Position numbers and translations under genes: made by a program. This document shows, in pieces, positions 10,774-19,660 of a stretch of DNA of 64,000 nt (the stretch's first letter is position 1; each line of letters opens with the position of its first letter). The notes under the pieces are model-generated. The model was not told the DNA's origin. It was given only the letters and a program-made list of their open reading frames with translations, and made no database searches. Where the stretch lies: the IMG/VR virus record IMGVR_UViG_3300008262_000014, positions 32,001 through 96,000 of that record; one strand, given 5' to 3'. Source of the DNA: a virus.

Positions 10774-10804
10774 TTTGAAATTAGTTAAAAATTGTGTATA
10801 TTTG
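10774..10804 (+). promoter_or_regulatory. Bacteroidota-type sigma-70 promoter (-33 TTTG / -7 TATATTTG)
   Basis: TTTG 10774-10777, 19 nt spacer, TATATTTG 10797-10804; ATG at 10808. Confidence 0.7.
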
Positions 10805-10807
10805 AGT

Positions 10808-10960
10808 ATGGCATGTAATGAATGTAAAAAGAAAAAAGAAGAAAGAATAAAGGCAGAAAAACAATTAGATATTGTTGAGAACTGGGTAATCTTGTTTATG
10901 GTTATTTGGTCGGCACTTGCAGTGTATGGTCTTATTTCTTTAATAGGGAAATTTTTATGA
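10808..10960 (+). CDS. Small membrane protein (MACNECKKKK.., one transmembrane helix)
   Basis: ATG 10808; CxxC, basic stretch, hydrophobic C-terminal helix; ATGA overlap with the next gene. Confidence 0.65.
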   Translation: MACNECKKKKEERIKAEKQLDIVENWVILFMVIWSALAVYGLISLIGKFL

Positions 10961-11595
10961 AAAATGGTAAATATTTTATAGTTCTTTTTTGTAATAAAAA
11001 AAGAGTTAAAATACTTTATCGTTGTATGAAAAGAACTAAGGTTTATGAATATTGGCGCGAATATAAAACACAAAAAAAACCTAGGTTCATAAAACTACAA
11101 GGAAATAAACGAAAGTTAGAACTCGTTTATGAATTAGCTCTTATTTTTCCAAACAACAGATGGGCCACTAAAACATATATTAAAGACAGTTTAGGTAGAA
11201 ATATTGAAGCTAAAATAGAGGATAATAAATTTAGGATAAAAGAAATTATACCATATTGGGAAGAAGAACTAGTATATGATTTTCAGATAAAAAAAAGAAT
11301 AAGATATGGGGAAATGATCGATCAAATAAAATCCATAAAAGATATTGCACAAATTTTCACATTAAATAATAAATTATTTGTTCAAATAGATAATGATGTT
11401 AAATTTTTTGGGAATAAAAATATTCCTGACACAAATAGATTATTTGAATTAGTTAAAGAAGACATTGTAAAATCAAAAAAAGGTAATTATATTTTTGTTA
11501 AAGATATCACAACTCACCAGAGAAAGCAATTATATAATTTATTGGAATCTAAGGGATATAAACGAAGTGAATTATTTAGACATTATTCATATTGA
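10957..11595 (+). CDS. Hypothetical basic protein
   Basis: Probable start at ATG 10957 (ATGA overlap with upstream stop); Lys-rich, about 212 aa. Confidence 0.7.
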   Translation: MKNGKYFIVLFCNKKRVKILYRCMKRTKVYEYWREYKTQKKPRFIKLQGNKRKLELVYELALIFPNNRWATKTYIKDSLGRNIEAKIEDNKFRIKEIIPYWEEELVYDFQIKKRIRYGEMIDQIKSIKDIAQIFTLNNKLFVQIDNDVKFFGNKNIPDTNRLFELVKEDIVKSKKGNYIFVKDITTHQRKQLYNLLESKGYKRSELFRHYSY

Positions 11596-11815
11596 ATATA
11601 ATTTCAACCATACCAATATTAATTTTAAATGTGTCTTTTGGTTTATCTGTTTTTCTATTGAGTTTTTTTTCAACTAAATTAAAAATTCTATAAAATTCCT
11701 CTTGAGATAAATTAAAAATAATTGTTGACGATTTAATATCGGCATTTACTTTTTCAATTAAATCAGAAATAATTGCTAATTGATTTAATAATTCACCCTT
11801 TTTCTCCATATCCAA
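11576..11815 (-). CDS. Hypothetical protein
   Basis: 79 aa ORF in a chain of overlapping minus-strand genes. Confidence 0.6.
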   Translation of the reverse strand: MDMEKKGELLNQLAIISDLIEKVNADIKSSTIIFNLSQEEFYRIFNLVEKKLNRKTDKPKDTFKINIGMVEIIFNMNNV

Positions 11816-11996
11816 AAATCTTTAAAATTTTTTTAAAAAAAGTAAGTTTTTCTTTTGGTTCAGATTTGAACATTTCAGTTTTATTCAAATTTTTTATATC
11901 GTTAATTGTCTTCGTCTTGTGTTTCGAGATTTCTATATTGTCCTTCTTTATCTCCTTGTTCAACCATTCTAATCCCTGTTGAATTTTCTTGTCCAT
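11793..11996 (-). CDS. Hypothetical protein
   Basis: 67 aa ORF overlapping its neighbours. Confidence 0.55.
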   Translation of the reverse strand: MDKKIQQGLEWLNKEIKKDNIEISKHKTKTINDIKNLNKTEMFKSEPKEKLTFFKKILKIFGYGEKG

Positions 11997-12357
11997 ATTC
12001 TTCTATTAATTTAATGTCTTTAAGTTTATCTAATGAACTATTTTGAAATAACAATTTCAATTCATTTACTTTTTGTTCAAATAATCTTCTTTTTTCCTCT
12101 TCTTCTTTATTTACAAGTATTATTTCATTTGCACAACCAATAACAACATCATACCCTTCTTTTGTTGCAACAGATATTAATGATATTAAATTAAATTTAT
12201 CACTTTTATCTTGAATTTTAAATTTAATTGATTTATAAGGTGAAATTATCTCTTCATATTTCCAAGAAGATGGTAACTTAAGATCTAAGCTAACATTATT
12301 TTCTAATTCTCTTAAAGAGAAGAAATATGGTTTAAGGGTTTTAATTATATCAAACAT
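11902..12357 (-). CDS. Hypothetical protein
   Basis: 151 aa ORF with a C-terminal coiled coil. Confidence 0.65.
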   Translation of the reverse strand: MFDIIKTLKPYFFSLRELENNVSLDLKLPSSWKYEEIISPYKSIKFKIQDKSDKFNLISLISVATKEGYDVVIGCANEIILVNKEEEEKRRLFEQKVNELKLLFQNSSLDKLKDIKLIEEYGQENSTGIRMVEQGDKEGQYRNLETQDEDN

Positions 12358-12360
12358 ATA

Positions 12361-12543
12361 TTAATTAATAAAAAAATAAGTTATAAAATAAGATATTGAA
12401 AAATATAAAAAAACTTGATCTATTTTTGATATCTTTAGTATAGTCGGGTTTTCCTGAAAAAGTTTTACTACAAACTCTATTATAAATCTAAAATTATAGA
12501 TTAAACTTAATATAAATAAAAATAATTTAATTTGTTCCATCAT
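12361..12543 (-). CDS. Small two-helix membrane protein
   Basis: 60 aa, two hydrophobic segments. Confidence 0.55.
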   Translation of the reverse strand: MMEQIKLFLFILSLIYNFRFIIEFVVKLFQENPTILKISKIDQVFLYFSISYFITYFFIN

Positions 12544-12724
12544 TTTTTTTATGTTTTTTTATTTCTTCTAATATTTCTTTACGAAATATTTTTGTTAGAT
12601 CTTTTAATTCCTGAGCATATTTTCTGGCTCTTATTGACGCACTGTGGTTACCCTTTTTGAATACCTTATATGTGTCAACTGACATCTTTTCAACAATATC
12701 CTTTATGGTATTTAATGTTTCCAT
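12527..12724 (-). CDS. Histone H1-like protein (Hc1 family)
   Basis: KGNHSASIRARKYAQELK matches the Hc1 GNKxAgxRARK..xLK signature; probable start METLNT at 12724. Confidence 0.75.
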   Translation of the reverse strand: METLNTIKDIVEKMSVDTYKVFKKGNHSASIRARKYAQELKDLTKIFRKEILEEIKKHKKNDGTN

Positions 12725-12762
12725 AATTATTATGTTTTTAATATCAAAATAAGGAAAAAAAA

Positions 12763-13224
12763 TCACTTTTTCAAGTTTTGATCCATTATTCTATAAACAT
12801 CTTTTACCATGTCTAATTCGGATCTTGTTTTTATATGATCAAAATTGAATAATTTGTTTAAATATTCTTCTATACGAATTTCTTTATTCTCTATTTTATT
12901 AAAATAGAAAGCTTCTAAAAAAAAATTCCAAAAATATTCATGGTAATTTCCTCTTTCTTTAAAATAAATCCTTTCTTTACTAAAATCTTTAATTATTTTG
13001 TCCCAACACCAATTAAAATGACCTTTTATTTGATCTTCAGTTATTACAACATCCGACCCTAAATATGTTTTTTCTATTAAATCGTATAATGAAAATAAAA
13101 AGTCGTGAAATAGTTGCATTTTTTCACGACTTATATTATATGCCTTGTACCAAATTTCTATTTGGTATTTATAATTTTCAAATGAAGATAAATCAACAAA
13201 TTCTTTTTTATTTTCCATAATCAT
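12763..13224 (-). CDS. Hypothetical protein
   Basis: 153 aa, aromatic-rich; HFNWCW motif. Confidence 0.7.
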   Translation of the reverse strand: MIMENKKEFVDLSSFENYKYQIEIWYKAYNISREKMQLFHDFLFSLYDLIEKTYLGSDVVITEDQIKGHFNWCWDKIIKDFSKERIYFKERGNYHEYFWNFFLEAFYFNKIENKEIRIEEYLNKLFNFDHIKTRSELDMVKDVYRIMDQNLKK

Positions 13225-13267
13225 TATATTTTATAATATAAGAATAAAAGAAAATAAAAAAAAGAAA

Positions 13268-14668
13268 TTAATTTGTTTTTTTATTGTAAAATGCTAGTTT
13301 ATTTATTTTTTTAATTTCTTCATTAAGTAAATTATTGACCTCAGATTTAGATTCCGCAACAATATCAACATCTGTTGGTATAATTCCTCTGTGACCCCAA
13401 CTAACATCTTTTTTCTTTTTCTTATCTTCTACTTTTCTTTTTTTCTTATCAACAATTTGTTTACCAACTTTATCTTTAACAACGTTTCCGGCATCTGAAG
13501 AATTACCCATTGTACTATCACCTTCTAAAGATTTTTTAATTCTTTTTATATAATCTTTAGATGGTTCGTGATCAAAAGTTAAATCACTATTTGTCTCACC
13601 TCTATTATCTTCTATTTTTTTATCTTTTGATGATGTATTTCTATATGCCATTTTATCCCCTTTACCTATTGGTTTTGGAAATTCGGGATTGTCGTTTCCT
13701 TCAAAACTTAAATATTTTTTTAATTTATCCGCAACTTCTTTAGCGTATTTACGACTATTTTTTTCTGATGTTGATTGTGCTCTTTTAGTTACAGTTACAC
13801 CAGGGATACCAGGAATACCAGGTTGACCTTTAGCGGCCTCATTAACCATATTATTTATCAATGAAACTAATTCAGATTCTTTTAATCTTAATTTTGTTTT
13901 GGTAGACTCTTTCATATAACCACATTCCATACACATACCTTCTTTCATGTCACCACCACATTCAGAACACATTGTCTTGTCTTCAGACAAATAATCCATA
14001 TCTTCTTCAATATCTTTAGATATTGTAACTTTATGCATTTTCCCACTTCCTTTAGGGAATTCAAATTCTTTTTTACCATCATCCTTAGCGGCATCTGCGG
14101 CCAAAACAAACGCGTTTGATTCACCAATGTCATCAACTTTAGCAGATATTACTGGTGGTTTCATAAATTTTTTCACATCATCTTCAACATATTCCAAAAC
14201 TTCAATATCTTCATATTTATCCCCACATTCATCACATTGTGATTCTTCTTCTTTCATTTTGTCCCACATTTCATTAACATTAATGACTCTCTCATTAACG
14301 ATTATTTTATTTTTATTACCTAATTTAGCATCTAATATTGCTTCGGCTAAACTACCCATTGTTTTCTTTTTCATATCTATATTTTGTTTTTCTTCTAATT
14401 CTTGACCCATTTTATCTAATTCATCAATCATTTTTTCATATGATTCATATGAATCTTTTTCTATAATAAATTGTTTTCCGGGAATATCTTTTTTTAATTT
14501 GTCCACAATTTCATTTGCTTCCGATTCACTATTACAAATTTGTATGGGTTCTCCGTCACACATTACTTTATAAACCTCAAGTTTTTCTTCAGATTCTTTT
14601 AAAATCATTCTTTTCGCTACACTAAACAATGATTTTTCGATAATTTGGTTTAAATCAGTTACTTTCAT
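13268..14668 (-). CDS. Probable internal head/virion protein
   Basis: 466 aa, highly charged; ILKE, LKESEL, LLNEEI motifs; CxECG repeats; TATTTAT upstream. Confidence 0.55.
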   Translation of the reverse strand: MKVTDLNQIIEKSLFSVAKRMILKESEEKLEVYKVMCDGEPIQICNSESEANEIVDKLKKDIPGKQFIIEKDSYESYEKMIDELDKMGQELEEKQNIDMKKKTMGSLAEAILDAKLGNKNKIIVNERVINVNEMWDKMKEEESQCDECGDKYEDIEVLEYVEDDVKKFMKPPVISAKVDDIGESNAFVLAADAAKDDGKKEFEFPKGSGKMHKVTISKDIEEDMDYLSEDKTMCSECGGDMKEGMCMECGYMKESTKTKLRLKESELVSLINNMVNEAAKGQPGIPGIPGVTVTKRAQSTSEKNSRKYAKEVADKLKKYLSFEGNDNPEFPKPIGKGDKMAYRNTSSKDKKIEDNRGETNSDLTFDHEPSKDYIKRIKKSLEGDSTMGNSSDAGNVVKDKVGKQIVDKKKRKVEDKKKKKDVSWGHRGIIPTDVDIVAESKSEVNNLLNEEIKKINKLAFYNKKTN

Positions 14669-14669
14669 A

Positions 14670-15548
14670 CTAAATAAATATCTTCTTTATCTCATTTAAT
14701 ACAATATTTTCAATTTCATTTACAGGTATACCATATTTTTTTGATGTTTCATCTATTGCCTCTTTTAGAATCTCTAAAGCGTTTATATCACCTTGATTAC
14801 AATATGGAAATTTTTTACACTTATCCTTTATTTTTATAAAAATCCCACCAGGACCACCCCATTTTGGAAAATTTTTATCTTTTACCGCTCTACTTTTTTT
14901 AATGGTTTCAGGACCACCAATAGCCAATGGGTTTTTACGACCTCTAGTTGTTGTCCCAAATAAAGGAACATCAAAAGATGCGGATGATGAGACTGATGAG
15001 TCTAACGCTTCATTAAACTCTTGTTTATCCCCATACTCTTTTGAATTATTTATGTTTCCTATTTTTCTTTTAATCATTGGTGCACCTAGCGCTGGTTCAG
15101 AAGATCCTGCGGCATCTGCCCCCATACTTTCCTTTGTTTCAATTTTCTTTAATTTGGTATAATATTTTGGATCTTCATACAAATGATCCATAGCAATTTC
15201 CTTTGCTTTTGATTTATCCTTTGTATGTTCCATTTCAACTTTTATACCTTTTTCCAATTGTTTACTTAGGAACATTTTCATCTTTGTTATTTTTTCAGGT
15301 GATACTGAATCGGTAGAATCATTATACGAATGTTTCTTAGCTATTTGTACTAATGTTTTTTTATCTGAAAGACCACCTTTTAATTTATTTGTTTCAGAAA
15401 TCTCATCTTTTTTAAGGTGATCATCAATCCATTTCTGTAGTTCATGTACATCAGGAGAATAGTCTTTACCTTTAACTCTTGATATATTCTTGTGTGCCAA
15501 TTTAATTAATTTACCAACATCCTCTTTAGAGTATTCTTTCTTTTCCAT
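14670..15548 (-). CDS. DUF5661-like domain protein, probable internal virion protein
   Basis: KGIKVEMEHT..AKEIAMDHLYEDPKYYTKL motif; CKKFPYC. Confidence 0.65.
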   Translation of the reverse strand: MEKKEYSKEDVGKLIKLAHKNISRVKGKDYSPDVHELQKWIDDHLKKDEISETNKLKGGLSDKKTLVQIAKKHSYNDSTDSVSPEKITKMKMFLSKQLEKGIKVEMEHTKDKSKAKEIAMDHLYEDPKYYTKLKKIETKESMGADAAGSSEPALGAPMIKRKIGNINNSKEYGDKQEFNEALDSSVSSSASFDVPLFGTTTRGRKNPLAIGGPETIKKSRAVKDKNFPKWGGPGGIFIKIKDKCKKFPYCNQGDINALEILKEAIDETSKKYGIPVNEIENIVLNEIKKIFI

Positions 15549-15787
15549 TATTTAACTGATTTTAAAGCCCCTTCCCAAAATGACTTTCTTTGCCATAATG
15601 TTTTAAATAATTCAACAACCACTTTAGTTGATAGATCGACTATTTTATCATCTATATTTTTTGTACCTAATTCTTTTTGAATAATTTTAATGACAACATT
15701 ATGTGCATTCGTTGAATCTAAGAAATCTTTCATCTCTTTTTGTGCTATTTTCTGTATCTCCTTCTTATCGTCATTAGTTAACGCCAT
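15548..15787 (-). CDS. Hypothetical protein
   Basis: 79 aa ORF, TAATG coupling with the downstream gene. Confidence 0.7.
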   Translation of the reverse strand: MALTNDDKKEIQKIAQKEMKDFLDSTNAHNVVIKIIQKELGTKNIDDKIVDLSTKVVVELFKTLWQRKSFWEGALKSVK

Positions 15788-15789
15788 TA

Positions 15790-16329
15790 TTAATTATTTT
15801 TTCTATTGTCGATTATTTTATTCATTGTTGTTGAAAATGTATCATTAAATTTATTTAGTTTACTTATGAGATCAATAACTTCTGTCTTTATTTCTAACAT
15901 ATCGGCATTTAAATAAATTCCATTATCTTCACCAGCAATAAAAACAAAGCTAATATCATCATCAGTTAGGGTGCCATCTAACCTAATCTGATCTTTTGAG
16001 ATAGTAAAACCAGGATCAAATTCCGATAAATTTGAAACTTGAGATTTGAACCCGTCGATTAATTGAGAAATTGAATTTTTATCTTCTTCAGATATTTCCA
16101 AATCTTTAAAATCAGAAGATACTATTTTAACATCTACATCATTTATAACGGTAATATCGTCACCACTTTTTGTTTCTTCGTCATCTTTAAATACATCAAC
16201 ACCTTTTGCTTCATCTCCGTCGTCTTCTCTTAGAATTTTATTAATATTTATTTTTGATTCATTAAGTCTCCTTAACGTATTCAACATTCTTTTAGTTTGG
16301 TCATAATTCGTCAACGTTTTCTTTTGCAT
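15790..16329 (-). CDS. Hypothetical (probable virion) protein
   Basis: 179 aa; RRLNES and ILRED motifs, acidic. Confidence 0.65.
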   Translation of the reverse strand: MQKKTLTNYDQTKRMLNTLRRLNESKININKILREDDGDEAKGVDVFKDDEETKSGDDITVINDVDVKIVSSDFKDLEISEEDKNSISQLIDGFKSQVSNLSEFDPGFTISKDQIRLDGTLTDDDISFVFIAGEDNGIYLNADMLEIKTEVIDLISKLNKFNDTFSTTMNKIIDNRKNN

Positions 16330-16948
16330 CTTTAAAAAAGTTTTTAAAATTAAATGAAAGGTTTATATCTGTATAAATATCTGAAAAATTTGATTTACAT
16401 ACAACCCCATTAAATTTAGATGCATTTTTGAAAAAAGCTTGAGATGGGACAATTTGTCTCTTTATTTTGTGTTTTTCACATAAAAATTCACATAATTTAT
16501 GTACTGAATTTATTTGGTCCTGATTATATTTGTCCCAAAAATAATGATTTCTCCAACTTTTTATGAATGGTTCCGTTCTATATGGATCACCAATCCAATT
16601 GTTTAAAAACCCATTTATTGTGTTTTTACTCAACCAACCTAAATTTTCTATAGCAATTTTGATTTGTTTTTTGTCAATTTCGGGATTTTTGAATGTAACT
16701 GAACTGTAATTAGTGTCGAAAATTTGATATATGTTACCAAGTTTACTAATAATAAAATGGGGGATATCTTCATATTCCCCATTTTTACGATATTTTATTT
16801 TACTTACAAAATCATCAAATCTTCTTGTAGTATCGTACAAAAGTATTTGATTTTTTTTTGATTTTTTTCTTAATATTTTTAGACTTTCATCATCTAATTC
16901 TTCTACGTTGTGAGTTACCAACATTTCTTGATACTTTTTTTGAAACAT
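16301..16948 (-). CDS. N-acetylmuramoyl-L-alanine amidase (Amidase_2/PGRP)-fold protein, apparently catalytically degenerate
   Basis: KNQILLYDT / IPHFIISKLGNIYQ / IAIENLGWL / YNQDQINSVHKLC layout follows phage Amidase_2 endolysins; start may be 16924. Confidence 0.65.
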   Translation of the reverse strand: MFQKKYQEMLVTHNVEELDDESLKILRKKSKKNQILLYDTTRRFDDFVSKIKYRKNGEYEDIPHFIISKLGNIYQIFDTNYSSVTFKNPEIDKKQIKIAIENLGWLSKNTINGFLNNWIGDPYRTEPFIKSWRNHYFWDKYNQDQINSVHKLCEFLCEKHKIKRQIVPSQAFFKNASKFNGVVCKSNFSDIYTDINLSFNFKNFFKDAKENVDEL

Positions 16949-18473
16949 TAGAGTTTTTACTAATTAGTTCTTCATTTACTAAATTTTGTCCTATAGTATA
17001 GGAATAATGATCTTTTGAATTTTCATTAATTGTTGAACTTTCTTCATCAGATGATATCTGTGAATCTAATACTTGTATTTGGTCTTCTATTTCTTTTTTT
17101 TTTAATTCTTCAATCTGTTCTATGTCTTCTTCTGTGGCAAATGGTTCCGGAACAAATCCATCAAAATCATCTTCTTTTTGGAAAATATTTTCTTTTTCTG
17201 ATTCTATAGTGGAAAATTCTTGTGAGTTATTTTCAAATTCTGATTCTATAGTGGAAAATTCTTGTGCGATATCTTTATTATCATCTTCGGGTTTTGTTAG
17301 TATAGTTTCTTCAATAATGTTTTCCTTTTCAATGATTTTTTCTTCAACATGTTCATTACCGATTGGTTGGGTAACTTCTTCTTTAACTATTTCTTTTTGA
17401 TCAATGATTTGATGATGTTCATTAAATATAGGTTGGGTAACTTCTTCTTTAACTACCTCTTCCTTATGATGTTTATTAACAATAGATTCTTCAGACTCTT
17501 CTTTAACTACCTCTCCTTCAATATATTGATTATCAATTTGTTCTACGGTATTTTGATTTGATTCATTTTTTATCAAATCTTCTTTATTGTTAACAGTTTC
17601 GTAATTTTTATATTCTTCTATTTTATTTTCATTTTCTGATACGATTATATCATTTTTTTTTTCTTCTGATGTTTTATTAATTTGTTCATCATCTATACTA
17701 TCATATTTCCCACTATTATTAATGCTTTCATTATCATTTTCTTCTATTTCTTGATAGTCTTTATTGTGTGAATAATTCTCGTGTTCAATATCATCCTTAT
17801 TATAATTTACTTTTTCTTCATTTTTTTGATCTAAATTATTATTTTTTTTATTTAAAATTTTCTCTATCTTTTCTAATTCTTCTTCCGTTGGTGTGTACTT
17901 TTCATTTCTTTCTCTTTCCGCTTCAATTATTGCAGCCTCTCTACTAATTTTTTCCACATCAACAACAGGTTGGGGTAATGATTGTTTTTTCCTATCTTCT
18001 TCAGTAAACTTAACTAACATATGTAGAAATGATAATGAAATTATGGGTAACATACCTCCAGCAAAAAATGCTAAAAATCTTTTGTGACCAATCAAATCTG
18101 TATTATCAACACCCATAAATTCAACCATCGGAGAAACTAAATCAATCCAATCTTTAAATGATTTACTGTCAATATCAATATAAGAATAAGCAAAGTATAT
18201 ATTACCAATAAATTGTACCAATGTAACTAAACCAAATGGAAAATAAACTTTCTTACCCATATCCGCAGAAATGGCGGCCAATGTAGATAGTGCCGCTATT
18301 TCAATACCTATAGATAGGTAAATTGCCCAACTTACCGGATTTGAAATACCATACCATTTAGTTACATGTGATATTGAAACCAATGCCACTGTGAATATTG
18401 GTACTAAAAATGCACTAATAATTAATGTCCTGTAATTTCTACTAAACCAATCCTTACTAATAAATTTGCCCAT
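16890..18473 (-). CDS. Membrane protein: about four N-terminal transmembrane helices and a long acidic repetitive tail
   Basis: Hydrophobic residues 17-155, then an E/N/K-rich low-complexity region with internal repeats. Confidence 0.7.
   Translation of the reverse strand: MGKFISKDWFSRNYRTLIISAFLVPIFTVALVSISHVTKWYGISNPVSWAIYLSIGIEIAALSTLAAISADMGKKVYFPFGLVTLVQFIGNIYFAYSYIDIDSKSFKDWIDLVSPMVEFMGVDNTDLIGHKRFLAFFAGGMLPIISLSFLHMLVKFTEEDRKKQSLPQPVVDVEKISREAAIIEAERERNEKYTPTEEELEKIEKILNKKNNNLDQKNEEKVNYNKDDIEHENYSHNKDYQEIEENDNESINNSGKYDSIDDEQINKTSEEKKNDIIVSENENKIEEYKNYETVNNKEDLIKNESNQNTVEQIDNQYIEGEVVKEESEESIVNKHHKEEVVKEEVTQPIFNEHHQIIDQKEIVKEEVTQPIGNEHVEEKIIEKENIIEETILTKPEDDNKDIAQEFSTIESEFENNSQEFSTIESEKENIFQKEDDFDGFVPEPFATEEDIEQIEELKKKEIEDQIQVLDSQISSDEESSTINENSKDHYSYTIGQNLVNEELISKNSNVSKKVSRNVGNSQRRRIR
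17196..17266. repeat. 29 bp direct repeat x2 (period 42; QEFSTIESE)
   Basis: ttctgattctatagtggaaaattcttgtg at 17196-17224 and 17238-17266. Confidence 0.85.
17365..17455. repeat. 25 bp direct repeat x2 (VKEEVTQP)
   Basis: ggttgggtaacttcttctttaacta at 17365-17389 and 17431-17455. Confidence 0.8.
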
Positions 18474-18476
18474 AAA

Positions 18477-18764
18477 TTATTTTAATTTTGATTCAAGATT
18501 TGAAATTTCCCCATCGATGGTGGTTTGTCTACTAACATCCAACATTTTTCTGTCAGTAGACTGTATCATTCTTTTTTCAGATTTCAACCCTTCTATTTGT
18601 AATCTCAAATCTAATTCCTTTTTATTATATGTTGAATCCTTAAGTTGTGTCAATTCTTTTCTTATTTTCGAAATTTCTCTACTATCACCACAACTTTTAA
18701 AGAATGATAGTAATGTGATTACTAAAACGATAATTGTGAATTTTTCTTCAATAAACTTTTTCAT
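18477..18764 (-). CDS. Membrane-anchored/lipoprotein-like coiled-coil protein (spanin-like candidate)
   Basis: MKK, hydrophobic helix, KSC, then a coiled coil. Confidence 0.5.
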   Translation of the reverse strand: MKKFIEEKFTIIVLVITLLSFFKSCGDSREISKIRKELTQLKDSTYNKKELDLRLQIEGLKSEKRMIQSTDRKMLDVSRQTTIDGEISNLESKLK

Positions 18765-18775
18765 AATATTTTTTT

Positions 18776-19591
18776 TTATAAATAGTTCAACAGACTGTAA
18801 CTTTCGTTTCTTAATTTTTTTATTGCTTTATCTCTTAACTGTCTTATTCTTTCCTTAGTACATCCAAAGTATTCCCCCAAATCATCAAGATTTGATTCGA
18901 TACCTGTTAAACCATAATATCTTTCAATTATTAATTTTTCTCTATCATCTAAAACACTTAACATTAAAGAAACCCTTTTTTTAATTTCATCTTTTGTATT
19001 TAGAGAATTTTCAGGGTTATCTGCATTCTTATTTGGTATAATATCGATAATTTGATCCCCGTCCTCATTTATTTCTTGACCAAGACTAATACAATATGGT
19101 ATACTCACATCGATAAAACTATCATTTTTGTTAATTAGATGTATATCTTCATCCATTTCGACATTTTTTATTTGTTTTTGTGTCTCTTGGATAACATTTG
19201 ATGGAATTCTTATTGTTCTTGAGTTCTCATTTAATGATGCCAATATCGATTGTTTAACCCACCATACGGCGTATGAAATAAATTTAAATCCACTTGATGG
19301 ATCAAATCTTTCAGCCGCCTTTATTAATCCAATATTACCTTCAGATATTAAATCAAGTAATTCCAATCCTTGATTTTGATACATTTTAGCGACCGAGATA
19401 ACAAATCTTAAATTACCTAATACTAATTCATTAAGTAACTTTTCTTTATCGTTTTTGGTTAATAATTCTTTTTTTAATTCTAAAAAAATTTCTTCTTGTC
19501 TTTCATGACTAATTACGGGAATCTTTTTTAAATCTTTAATGTAAGATTGTAATTCATCAGTGTTTGGTGTGATAGACTTTTTTAATTGCAT
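18776..19591 (-). CDS. rpoD: RNA polymerase sigma-70 factor (RpoD/SigA-like, no region 1.1)
   Basis: NLRFVISVAKMY, DLISEGNIGLIKAAERFD, GFKFISYAVWW, RTIRIP, region 4 TKERIRQLRDKAIKKLR; probable start MQLKKSIT at 19591. Confidence 0.9.
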   Translation of the reverse strand: MQLKKSITPNTDELQSYIKDLKKIPVISHERQEEIFLELKKELLTKNDKEKLLNELVLGNLRFVISVAKMYQNQGLELLDLISEGNIGLIKAAERFDPSSGFKFISYAVWWVKQSILASLNENSRTIRIPSNVIQETQKQIKNVEMDEDIHLINKNDSFIDVSIPYCISLGQEINEDGDQIIDIIPNKNADNPENSLNTKDEIKKRVSLMLSVLDDREKLIIERYYGLTGIESNLDDLGEYFGCTKERIRQLRDKAIKKLRNESYSLLNYL

Positions 19592-19660
19592 AAAAATTAT
19601 ACGCGTTTTATCGGTTAAAAATAAAATAAACAAAAATTTTTAAAAATGGAAATATTTCAG

